Source: a virus (lineage: Duplodnaviria > Caudoviricetes). From it: a stretch of 64,000 nucleotides of DNA. The DNA lies in IMG/VR virus record IMGVR_UViG_2908446538_000001, positions 1-64,000 of that record, one strand, 5' to 3'. The translations under genes were made by a program, and so were the position numbers. Under the pieces are notes generated by a model that saw only the letters and a program-made list of their open reading frames with translations, was not told where the DNA came from and did not search any database. Each line of letters begins with the position of its first letter. The stretch's first letter is position 1. Positions 1 to 7,894 of this stretch are shown here, piece by piece.

Positions 1-58
1 CCTATTCATGGCCTCGGCCCCTTGTAGATGAAGACGTAGGCGAACCAGAGGGTGGCGA

Positions 59-718
59 TCATGGCGTCACCCGCTTGAACTCGACCACCCAGACCCACGG
101 GTTGGCGTTCCACGACTCGGCGCCGTTGATCCCCACCCACAGTTCGCGCCAGGCGTCGAAAGGGTCAGTCCAGCTGCCTGGACCTGGATCGGACTTGAAG
201 GGGTGAAACGCATAATCGCCATCGCCCTGATGGATTCGGTTGATGCCTTCGGCGATGTAGCGGCTTTCGAAGGCCGTCTCACCTTCGCCGTCCTGCAACC
301 GCTCAACGCGCACGTCGGTGATCTCCAGCAGAATGCGGCTGGCCCAGCGGGGCATATGGATAGATGGCTTCCAGATTGGCTGATCAGCTTCGTACGGGGT
401 CAGCCCGTCGGCGGCGTAGACCAGTGTCCCGTCATCGATTGCTTCGCTGACGTTCAGGTCATCCGGCTTGAGGTAGGGCCCGCGCATTACTTCAAAGTGA
501 TCGCAGTACCAGGTCTCGCGCACCCACAGCCGGTCGCCGGGCTTGCCGTAGGGGCAGAAGTGATTCTCTGGCAGGGCGACGTATTCAGGCGTGAAGTCGG
601 CGAGGAAGTTTAGGCCGGAGCCTTTCACAGCACGGCGCGTGACCGTCTTCCGGCCCTCCAGGATGGCGCGCACCATCGGCGCCGAGAACAGGATCGGCCG
701 TTCCTTTATTTCAGACAT
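59..718 (-). CDS. Conserved phage protein, ASCH/PUA-like
   Basis: N-terminal ERPILFSAPMVRAILEGRKTVTRR and C-terminal WNANPWVWVVEF motifs; start moved to MSEIKERP. Confidence 0.65.
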   Translation of the reverse strand: MSEIKERPILFSAPMVRAILEGRKTVTRRAVKGSGLNFLADFTPEYVALPENHFCPYGKPGDRLWVRETWYCDHFEVMRGPYLKPDDLNVSEAIDDGTLVYAADGLTPYEADQPIWKPSIHMPRWASRILLEITDVRVERLQDGEGETAFESRYIAEGINRIHQGDGDYAFHPFKSDPGPGSWTDPFDAWRELWVGINGAESWNANPWVWVVEFKRVTP

Positions 719-806
719 GACTTCGTCCTTGCCGCTATAGCGGCTGACTTTGAAGGGGGAGGAGTTACAGACTAGACTTTGCACCTCACTTCTTGAGGGC
801 TGGGCC

Positions 807-1028
807 ATGTCCGTCGAAAGGGTGTTTCATCTTGAGCAGGCATTGCTGGCAGTGCTTCAGCAGGCCGAACAGCAGGGCGTCGATATCGACCGGCTTTACA
901 AGCTGGCGATTGGTGGCCTTATCGGCAATACCTCGTGGCGCTGGGTCACTGCTGACCACGTAGCTGGTGCCTCCGATGAACTGGAAAGCGCTATGAGGGT
1001 TTTGCGCGATCGCCCGAACCAGGGTTAG
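807..1028 (+). CDS. Small hypothetical protein, opposite to early-left operon
   Basis: 73-aa ORF MSVERVFHLEQ..., GAGGG upstream. Confidence 0.5.
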   Translation: MSVERVFHLEQALLAVLQQAEQQGVDIDRLYKLAIGGLIGNTSWRWVTADHVAGASDELESAMRVLRDRPNQG

Positions 1029-1245
1029 GCGGGGCGCTTGGTGCCGGGATAGATTGCCATGGAAGAAACGCTGCCTTGACGAGCATCTTCATTTCAGAGA
1101 AGTCGCTACGGTTCGCCCACAGGATCGCAGCTGCGAAAACGAAGGGCGCGATAGGCAGCATCACCAAGCAGAAGATCCGAGCGGCAAGGCGATACTTGAT
1201 CATCCAAGGCCGAATACCTTTCGGGTTAAAGGTCGGGATATTCAT
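991..1245 (-). CDS. Small hypothetical membrane protein
   Basis: One hydrophobic segment; ATGA overlap with upstream ORF. Confidence 0.55.
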   Translation of the reverse strand: MNIPTFNPKGIRPWMIKYRLAARIFCLVMLPIAPFVFAAAILWANRSDFSEMKMLVKAAFLPWQSIPAPSAPPNPGSGDRAKPS

Positions 1246-1604
1246 TGTCCTGCGCCCGCTGGCGCTGTGAGTGATGCGATACGCTCCTGAGCATCAGCGC
1301 ATGTTTCTTCACTGGTATGACAGATGCCGTCATGCGGGCAGTGCGCGTTCCTGCTGTTATTGGTCCGCTGGGCATCCTGCGACAGCATCGTGTCAATGTC
1401 TTTGGTCAGAAGAGTCCATTGATTCTCGCCAATTGCGCCGCGCGCCAGTCGCAACAACCCTTCCATGGTATCCGCCAGCTCATCCGCTGCGGCCAGGCGC
1501 TGTTGCAAGGCGTCACGCTCACGGATCGCCTGAGCGTGCTTGCCGCGCCAGTGCAGCACGGCGTCCAGTTCTTCAACTGTTTGAATTACCTTGATCATAC
1601 TCAA
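1242..1604 (-). CDS. Hypothetical phage protein (coiled coil)
   Basis: ORF in tightly packed minus-strand operon. Confidence 0.6.
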   Translation of the reverse strand: MSMIKVIQTVEELDAVLHWRGKHAQAIRERDALQQRLAAADELADTMEGLLRLARGAIGENQWTLLTKDIDTMLSQDAQRTNNSRNAHCPHDGICHTSEETCADAQERIASLTAPAGAGQ

Positions 1605-1608
1605 AACC

Positions 1609-2136
1609 TCAATTGTCTGTGCCGGTGTAGGTGCGCCATGGCACCTTCACGCCGTTGACCAGAAAGCCCCAGTCACCACGCCACTTGCTGGTGATGAAGA
1701 GGGTGTAGACGCCGCCGGGCGAGACTTCATCGATTCGGTGGTACTCCCCGTGCCGCAGGCTCGCGGTATCGCCAGGCTCTCGCCAGTAATTAATGTCGGG
1801 GTGTCCTCCGGACTCCCATGTATGCCGGCGCTGCTCTTTGTAGAAGCCGCGCAGGATGACGGTGCGGGCGTTCCAAGGGTGGTCGTGCAGGTCCTGGTCT
1901 TGGTCGTGCCGCATGATGTGGTGGATGCGGAACGACCACGGGCACCACCACAGCGCAGGTTTGTGCGTTTCGCGGGAGTAGGGGTTGAACAGCCACCAGC
2001 GGCCCATGTACATCTCGGAGCCGTCGGCGGACATGATGTGCAGGTAAGGGGTGCGCTGGGCGCGGGCGATTAGCCAGGCGGCAACCGCCGGACGCGCAAG
2101 CAGCTTGGCAACCAGGCGCCAGAACAGGTTGATCAC
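1609..2136 (-). CDS. Phage protein with cupin-like His motifs
   Basis: RIHHIMRHDQDQDLHDHPW and YHRIDEV motifs. Confidence 0.6.
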   Translation of the reverse strand: MINLFWRLVAKLLARPAVAAWLIARAQRTPYLHIMSADGSEMYMGRWWLFNPYSRETHKPALWWCPWSFRIHHIMRHDQDQDLHDHPWNARTVILRGFYKEQRRHTWESGGHPDINYWREPGDTASLRHGEYHRIDEVSPGGVYTLFITSKWRGDWGFLVNGVKVPWRTYTGTDN

Positions 2137-2181
2137 GGGGAGTCCTTACCGGGCCATGCCCGGGCGGTGGAGTGGGGGGAG

Positions 2182-3345
2182 TTACTTCTTCTGGAAAGTT
2201 TTCGTCAGTCCAGCGTTGATGCTGTTGCCGCGCTTCAGCACGACGCGGGCGAGTGCTGCCCGGTCCGTGTGGCTGTGACTGGCCTGGCTGAGCAGGCCGA
2301 AGTAGCTATTGGCGGTCTCACGGATATCCTCAGCCGGCGCCTCAGCGGTGCGCTTCAGCGCCTGGCCGAGGGAACGCTTGCGGGTGGTTCGCCGCCACGG
2401 CTTGATGACGTGGCCGACGAAGTCGACGCCGCGATCCACGGGCTGCAAGATTGTCTTCGTGGGGTTCAGCTTCGCGCCGAGCCTGGGCAGGAACGCTTCG
2501 ACCTCGGCCAGCCACTGGTTGAGCTGCTGCGGCGACTCATGCAGGAACACGAAGTCATCGACGTACCGGATGTAGTGCTTGGCACGTAGCTGGTGCTTGG
2601 CGAACTGGTCCAGGGCGTCGAGGTAGACGTTGGCGAAGAACTGCGAAGACAGGTTGCCGATCGGCAGGCCAAGTCGCGCGGGTTGCGCAACCAGCCGCTT
2701 GTGCTGCGGCACCCGGTTGAACAGGTGCGCCGGGCTGCGGGTCTCGTAATCCTCGCGCGGGTCGTGCATGAGGATCTGCGTGGCCAGGGCCAGCCACCAG
2801 GGTTCGATGATCTTGACCTCCAGTTGCTTGCGCAGCACCGCCTTGTCGATGGCGACGAAGAAGTTGGCCAGGTCGCACTTGAGGTAGAAGACCGGCTTCG
2901 ACCAGTTCTCGCTGGCGCTGCGGATCTTCGATTCAAGGCGGGTCGCGGCGTACAGCGTGCCGCGCCCTGGAATGCATGCGCAACTATCCGCTATGAAGCT
3001 GGCGTAGAAGCGCGGTGCCACATGGTTGTACATGAGGTGGTGGACGACGCGGTCCCGAAAAGCTGCGGCCCAAACCTCGCGGGCTTTCGGACGGGTGACC
3101 ACGAAACAAATGGATCGGCCTGGCCGGTAAGTGCCGGCAATCAGGTCGTCGTGCAGCTCCAGCAAGTTGATCTCCATGTCTTTCTCGAACAGCCGAGCGC
3201 TTGCGGAATTCCGCTTGTTGCGTCGGCAGTCGTAGTAAGCCTGGACAAGATCCTCGAACTGGAAGGGAGCAACACTTAAATCTGCGGACAGGGCGCGCGA
3301 GCCGCTCGTTGTTCTTGTCGTTGTTGTTGAGCCAGCCATCTTCAA
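2182..3345 (-). CDS. DGR-type reverse transcriptase (exact start uncertain; 5' end overlaps TR)
   Basis: RT motifs AFRDRVVHH, GLPIGNLSSQFFANVYL, YIRYVDD; adjacent Avd and TR. Confidence 0.95.
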   Translation of the reverse strand: MKMAGSTTTTRTTSGSRALSADLSVAPFQFEDLVQAYYDCRRNKRNSASARLFEKDMEINLLELHDDLIAGTYRPGRSICFVVTRPKAREVWAAAFRDRVVHHLMYNHVAPRFYASFIADSCACIPGRGTLYAATRLESKIRSASENWSKPVFYLKCDLANFFVAIDKAVLRKQLEVKIIEPWWLALATQILMHDPREDYETRSPAHLFNRVPQHKRLVAQPARLGLPIGNLSSQFFANVYLDALDQFAKHQLRAKHYIRYVDDFVFLHESPQQLNQWLAEVEAFLPRLGAKLNPTKTILQPVDRGVDFVGHVIKPWRRTTRKRSLGQALKRTAEAPAEDIRETANSYFGLLSQASHSHTDRAALARVVLKRGNSINAGLTKTFQKK

Positions 3346-3381
3346 AGTCCATGTTGTAGGCGTTGTTGGCGGAGCGCTGCG
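3282..3381 (-). repeat. DGR template repeat (TR), ~100 nt
   Basis: Identical to two gene-terminal repeats except at adenines of the minus strand; 28 adenines and 8 AAC codons in the VR frame (SQRSANNAYNMDFEDGWLNNNDKNNERLARPVR). Confidence 0.95.
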
Positions 3382-3551
3382 ACCTGTCGAGCTATCTACA
3401 TCGCCAAACCGAAGGCAGTGCCGATCAGCTTGGAAACTGCGCGAGACCTACGCGGACGCTTTAGACCGGCGGTTTCTGTTGTGCGCATGGCGGTGACCCA
3501 GAGGTCAGCGGCTCGACCAGATTTGGCGCACAGGCAAGAGGGCCTTGACCC

Positions 3552-3905
3552 TCAAGCAGCGGGCGCGGTTGCGGATTTCTTCCAGGCGTTCGCCTGGCGG
3601 CCAACTGAGGCCGTCATCATCATCGCCTTGGCGTGTTGTCCCTTGCTGATCAACCCTCGGTTCGTGAGGGCGCGCAGCAAGTAGTTCAGCATCCAGATGC
3701 TTTCCAACAGGAGGTTGATGTGCGGTAGCTTCTCCCGGGTCATATTGGCCCGACCGATCAGCACCAGGACCTGCAAGCATTCGTCCCGGATCTTTGCCCC
3801 GACAACCTGTTTCAGGTCGCGCGGGATATTGCGCACCAGGTCGAGCGAAAGCCCGAGCAATTCCTCGGCTACCTTGTGGATTTCCAAATCCGTATGCAGC
3901 GCCAT
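3552..3905 (-). CDS. avd: DGR accessory variability determinant (four-helix bundle)
   Basis: 117 aa, helical, ends GRQANAWKK; lies between target genes and TR/RT. Confidence 0.85.
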   Translation of the reverse strand: MALHTDLEIHKVAEELLGLSLDLVRNIPRDLKQVVGAKIRDECLQVLVLIGRANMTREKLPHINLLLESIWMLNYLLRALTNRGLISKGQHAKAMMMTASVGRQANAWKKSATAPAA

Positions 3906-3927
3906 CCCTGGCCTCCCTGAAAAGCGA

Positions 3928-3943
3928 GGGTGCTATCGCACCC
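3928..3943 (-). promoter_or_regulatory. Hairpin/cruciform downstream of VR1
   Basis: GGGTGC-GATA-GCACCC, 20 nt past the target stop codon. Confidence 0.6.
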
Positions 3944-3963
3944 ATGAATGAAGAATTGAATGA

Positions 3964-4557
3964 TCAAATAAACTTTCTGCGGACAGGGCGCGCGAGCCGC
4001 TCGTTGACCTTGCCGTCGTAGTAGAGCCAGCCAACTCCAAAGTCCATGCCGTAGGCGCCGTTGGCGGAGCGCTGCGAACTGGTCCAGTGGTAAGCCTGGG
4101 TGAACACCTCTGGTACGGTGATTTCAAGGAAGGACGCCTCACGACGCGCCATCAGGTAGAAGTCCTTGTGCCCGTCGCGCTCGAATGCGGCGCAAAACTG
4201 AGCGGCGGGGTGGTCATGCTCCCTATTGGTACTTGTCAGGTACGCGGTGTTCGCCTGTCCATCCCATGGGGATTTGGCGCCTTCGAGCTCCTGGCCGTAG
4301 CCACCCCACTCAAGGGTGGACTCAGCATCTGCGCCCGTCGGCACGATCAGGTAGTAGGGCTTGTCGCCCCCAGGAAACAGGCCGCCGTTGATTCCACCTT
4401 CGCCGGGCCAGCACTCGCCGACGGCGGGGATGCTGCTTGCCGCAATGGCTGGGGCGGAGGCGATGGCCAGGGTTGCCAGTTTCAGCACCACCCCTTCGTC
4501 CGGGCTGCTGATAGTCAGATCGCCACGGGTGTACGTGGTCAGTTCATTGGCGCGCAT
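3964..4557 (-). CDS. DGR target protein 1, DUF1566-like (C-type-lectin-like fold inferred)
   Basis: Start MRANELTTY with AGGAG; ends HWTSSQRSANGAYGMDFGVGWLYYDGKVNERLARPVRRKFI. Confidence 0.85.
   Translation of the reverse strand: MRANELTTYTRGDLTISSPDEGVVLKLATLAIASAPAIAASSIPAVGECWPGEGGINGGLFPGGDKPYYLIVPTGADAESTLEWGGYGQELEGAKSPWDGQANTAYLTSTNREHDHPAAQFCAAFERDGHKDFYLMARREASFLEITVPEVFTQAYHWTSSQRSANGAYGMDFGVGWLYYDGKVNERLARPVRRKFI
3977..4076 (-). repeat. DGR variable repeat VR1
   Basis: 12 mismatches to TR by manual alignment, all at TR adenines (8 A>G, 4 A>T). Confidence 0.95.
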
Positions 4558-4620
4558 GAGATGCTCCTGTGAGCGAGATAAGTTGCAGGTAGCCGGCGCT
4601 TCCCGACGAGCTTCTGGTCT

Positions 4621-4639
4621 GAGCGCCGTCCTGGCGCTC
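4621..4639 (-). promoter_or_regulatory. Hairpin/cruciform downstream of VR2
   Basis: GAGCGCC-AGGAC-GGCGCTC, ~38 nt past the stop codon. Confidence 0.5.
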
Positions 4640-4676
4640 CCGGGAATCACCTGCGAAAAACGATTGAAGGAATGAA

Positions 4677-5153
4677 TTACTGAATAGGGAGGCTGCGGAC
4701 AGGGCGCGCGAGCCGCTCGGTGAGCTTGGCGTCGTGGTAGAGCCAGCCATCTACAAAGTCCATGGTGTAGGCGGTGTTGGCGGAGCGCTGCGTACTCAGC
4801 CAGTGCCACCGGTCTTCGCGCAGTTCCAACAGGCCATCAGCCTTGGCCGCCATCACTAATTGACCTTCCAGGCATGACGGGATGAAGCCATCCATCTCCA
4901 GGGCCTTGATGGCGATCACGCTGCCGGCCTCGGCCATGGCGCGGGTGTTGGCTTCGCCATCGCTGTAGCTGCCGGCACCTTTGATCTCGACGCCATACTC
5001 ACCCCACGGGCCGCTGAGCTCGTCAGCCAGGAGGATCAGGGCACGCTCGACGCCGTTGAGCCAGTAGCGGGTAACGAACACGCCACCGGCCAGAGGTTGG
5101 CCGCGCTCGGGGAGTTCGGCGGCGAGTACTGTTTGCTGTGCTTGCTTGGTCAT
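4677..5153 (-). CDS. DGR target protein 2, DUF1566-like
   Basis: DGEANTRAM motif; ends HWLSTQRSANTAYTMDFVDGWLYHDAKLTERLARPVRSLPIQ. Confidence 0.85.
   Translation of the reverse strand: MTKQAQQTVLAAELPERGQPLAGGVFVTRYWLNGVERALILLADELSGPWGEYGVEIKGAGSYSDGEANTRAMAEAGSVIAIKALEMDGFIPSCLEGQLVMAAKADGLLELREDRWHWLSTQRSANTAYTMDFVDGWLYHDAKLTERLARPVRSLPIQ
4693..4792 (-). repeat. DGR variable repeat VR2
   Basis: 10 mismatches to TR, all at TR adenines (6 A>C, 3 A>T, 1 A>G). Confidence 0.95.
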
Positions 5154-5213
5154 GGGGTTACTCCGGGTAAGCGCCGCCCTCCGATTACCGGATGCAGCGA
5201 GTAGGGTGGGTTG

Positions 5214-5702
5214 TCAGTCGTTCTCGCCGTCGTCTTCGGCGTTCATTTGGATCGATTCGGCAAAGCCTGTTTGCCGTAATTTGCGCGCCACGTTTTCGGT
5301 TATCTCATAACCGTGGCGCTTAATTTCGAAGAGTGGCGCTGACTTCTCGGCACCCAGCGAGTGGGCATGCGCGATCAGGCGCCAGATGGTCGCCCGATCC
5401 TTCGTCTCGCCCAGTTCGGCGGAGAGCGCCGCCAACCGGTCACGCATGGCCTGCCGGAAGTAGTGTCGGATGATGTCGGACGGCCCTTTGACTTTCGGCG
5501 GCGCCGGCGGCATATCCTCGGCCCGTCCATTCAGCACCAGCAGTTGCACCGCTTCGCTGACTTCCTCTATCTCATGCCAGCGCATCAACTCGCCGAGCAT
5601 CTGCCGGGTGCCGTGCGGGACTGTGTGCCGCAATTCCTGCTCGCCCAGTTCCTGCCGTTTCTCGGCAAGTTTGGCTGTGCGCTCTTTCTGTTCGGCAGCC
5701 AT
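5214..5702 (-). CDS. Hypothetical phage protein
   Basis: 162-aa ORF with GAGG RBS in early operon. Confidence 0.65.
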   Translation of the reverse strand: MAAEQKERTAKLAEKRQELGEQELRHTVPHGTRQMLGELMRWHEIEEVSEAVQLLVLNGRAEDMPPAPPKVKGPSDIIRHYFRQAMRDRLAALSAELGETKDRATIWRLIAHAHSLGAEKSAPLFEIKRHGYEITENVARKLRQTGFAESIQMNAEDDGEND

Positions 5703-5771
5703 GGCCTACCTCTTCTATTCCGCTGGCCGGCAGTGCGAGCCAGGTTTGACGTTTACGTTGCTGGGTGCGGG

Positions 5772-6365
5772 CTATGCGGCGCATGAAGTGCTGCCCTGGC
5801 GCGCTTTCGGGTAGTCGATGCCGTGGGCGGCGATGATCCGCTCGAAGGCCTTGTTGCCGATTGCCAGCTTCCCGCAGCACTGGCGCCGGGAAATACCGAG
5901 TTCCTTGAAGGCCTTGATGCGCTCAGCGAACTTCGCATCGCGTTCCTCATCGACCGCGTTGTGCACCAAGTTCCTGGCGCCGCCTCTGGTGGGCGCTTTG
6001 AACGTGATGTCGTACCGCTCGGCGTGGTTGTAGATGAGTCGCCGGCTGACACCAAGGGCTGCCGCTACCTCGGTCTGGGTATGCGTGACACCCAGCTGGC
6101 GTATCTGCTCAGTCAGCTTGATTCTGGCCTGGGTGCGAATATCGTTTTTGTCGAGAGGCAGGGGGTCCGCCTCAACCCGCCGCCGAACAAACGGCTTCGG
6201 CGCCGGCGGCATCTGGTTACTGTAGGTGATGGGCTTGGGCTTGTAGTTGTAAGCCGGGGCCTGTTCGATCTCGCCGCCGGCTGCCACGAACTCGGCGACC
6301 TGAGCCGCCAGTTCGTCCGATGCTGGCCGTAGTGCCTCGACCAGGCTTAGGTGGTTGCTGATCAT
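5772..6365 (-). CDS. Phage protein with two HTH-like segments
   Basis: TQTEVAAALGVSRRLI and GISRRQCCGKLAIG. Confidence 0.6.
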   Translation of the reverse strand: MISNHLSLVEALRPASDELAAQVAEFVAAGGEIEQAPAYNYKPKPITYSNQMPPAPKPFVRRRVEADPLPLDKNDIRTQARIKLTEQIRQLGVTHTQTEVAAALGVSRRLIYNHAERYDITFKAPTRGGARNLVHNAVDEERDAKFAERIKAFKELGISRRQCCGKLAIGNKAFERIIAAHGIDYPKARQGSTSCAA

Positions 6366-7129
6366 GCTGCCTTACTCCTGAGCGCTGCCTCGTACCCGTC
6401 GACCAGCAGTTTGAATTCCCACAGGTCTTCTTCAAGGCTTTCGATGTAGTCGTCGTCGCGCTGGAATTCTTTCCACCAGAGCTGGCGGCCCACCGGCTTC
6501 AACAGCGGGCAGTACATCCCGATGTGCCACCACTTCCGGTCGGTGATCCACATACAACCCTGCACCTGGTCGATGACTTCGCTGGCGTCGTTGTCGATGT
6601 GGAAGGACCTGAGCTTGTCAGGCGCCAGGAAGCACTTATATTCGGAGCCACCGTCGTCGCCGATGAATCCATCTGCGCTGGCGCCAAACACGCCATCATC
6701 TGTTTTGACCAATCCGACCTGTGTAACGATGAGGCCGGTTTGGATTTCGTGCTCCATTCGCGCTTCGGGTTCCAGTTCGTGGCCCCGGCGCATCTGCCAA
6801 GTCTCGAAACCGCCGTCCAGCGGCACGCCGCCGATGCGTTCGACGGCCAACTCAAAGGCGTAGGAGAGCGCGGCGTTTGAGGGTTCACCAACCTTCTCGC
6901 CGTCCAGTGCGCGCAACACAACTTCAGCCCTTGGCGCGGCTTTGTAGCCGGCCAATTCTCGCGAGCGGGCCTCGCTATATCCGTTCAGCATCGCATTCAC
7001 ATAGGTTTGCTGCTGCGAGGTCAGTCCGTTCACCTTGGATCGGGCCGTGCTGAACATGCTTGCGGTGATGACGCCGGCGCGGGCCTGCAGCCACTCGGCT
7101 GAGCCCTGAGTGCAATTCACGATGATCAT
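6362..7129 (-). CDS. YqaJ/lambda-exonuclease family recombination nuclease
   Basis: QGSAEWLQARAGVITAS, RGHELEPEAR, GASADG, EYKC, QVQGCMW. Confidence 0.9.
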   Translation of the reverse strand: MIIVNCTQGSAEWLQARAGVITASMFSTARSKVNGLTSQQQTYVNAMLNGYSEARSRELAGYKAAPRAEVVLRALDGEKVGEPSNAALSYAFELAVERIGGVPLDGGFETWQMRRGHELEPEARMEHEIQTGLIVTQVGLVKTDDGVFGASADGFIGDDGGSEYKCFLAPDKLRSFHIDNDASEVIDQVQGCMWITDRKWWHIGMYCPLLKPVGRQLWWKEFQRDDDYIESLEEDLWEFKLLVDGYEAALRSKAA

Positions 7130-7884
7130 TGAGGTGCCTCCAGCTTGGCTTTGTGGACGGTGACCGCAGTCTTCACTGTGGAATACCCGTTGGTGTCACC
7201 TGACGCCTGCAGGACTTTCAGGCTTGCCTGCCAAACGTCCTTCAGCTCATCCGGTGTAGTGGTCTGCCCGACACGCTCCAGGATGTCCGCGACGACCTGG
7301 GCGCGCATATCCTCCGTTTCTGAACCGTCCGAAGACTGCCCGTCGTCGTCGCGACTCTCGCCGGTCGTGATGTTCAGCAGTGCACACATCACGTACCGTT
7401 TGCCGTAGGTAGTCGATGATCCGACGGCCTGTACATCGTTACGGCCTTTGCCGATATCGATCGGTAGGCTCATGGTCGTTTGCTCTCGGTGACCACCCCG
7501 ATGCATCAAGATTCCAGTGACGCTGATCGCCTTTTCAGCGTTTTCCACCTTGAAGGTAATGGCGAATCCGTGCTGCTGCATGATCGGTTTCAGGGTGTGG
7601 GTGATGTGGTCGAGCGTGGCGTAGGAGTTTCCTGTGTGCAGGTTTACCGCGCCCTCGAAAACCGTGGGGATGTTGCACTGCATTTCGGCCATCGCAGCGT
7701 TGAAAGCTTGCTCAGCCTCCTTGGCCTGCATGCGCTCATGCATGGCCAGAAGACGCTCCATCTTTTCGATGTCGCAGGTTGGATCGGCGGCAGCACGGCT
7801 GATGACGGCCATGATGCTGTTGTCCGTGGAGATCGGTGCCATAGCCTGGCGCCGCTGTTCGGGAACGATGATTTGGCCGCTCAT
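7126..7884 (-). CDS. ERF-family single-strand annealing protein
   Basis: YATLDHI and QAVGSSTTYGKRY...LNITTGE.DDDG motifs. Confidence 0.85.
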   Translation of the reverse strand: MSGQIIVPEQRRQAMAPISTDNSIMAVISRAAADPTCDIEKMERLLAMHERMQAKEAEQAFNAAMAEMQCNIPTVFEGAVNLHTGNSYATLDHITHTLKPIMQQHGFAITFKVENAEKAISVTGILMHRGGHREQTTMSLPIDIGKGRNDVQAVGSSTTYGKRYVMCALLNITTGESRDDDGQSSDGSETEDMRAQVVADILERVGQTTTPDELKDVWQASLKVLQASGDTNGYSTVKTAVTVHKAKLEAPQ

Positions 7885-7894
7885 GCTGGCTACC

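Noticed and set aside
2182-3345. RT as group II intron, retron or Abi RT
   Set aside because: No maturase/endonuclease extension or msr-msd. Avd and A-only TR/VR pairs identify a DGR.
3282-4792. Three ~100-nt repeats as a CRISPR or tandem array
   Set aside because: Two copies are coding gene ends and mismatches are adenine-specific; no cas genes. No CRISPR array was seen anywhere in the window.
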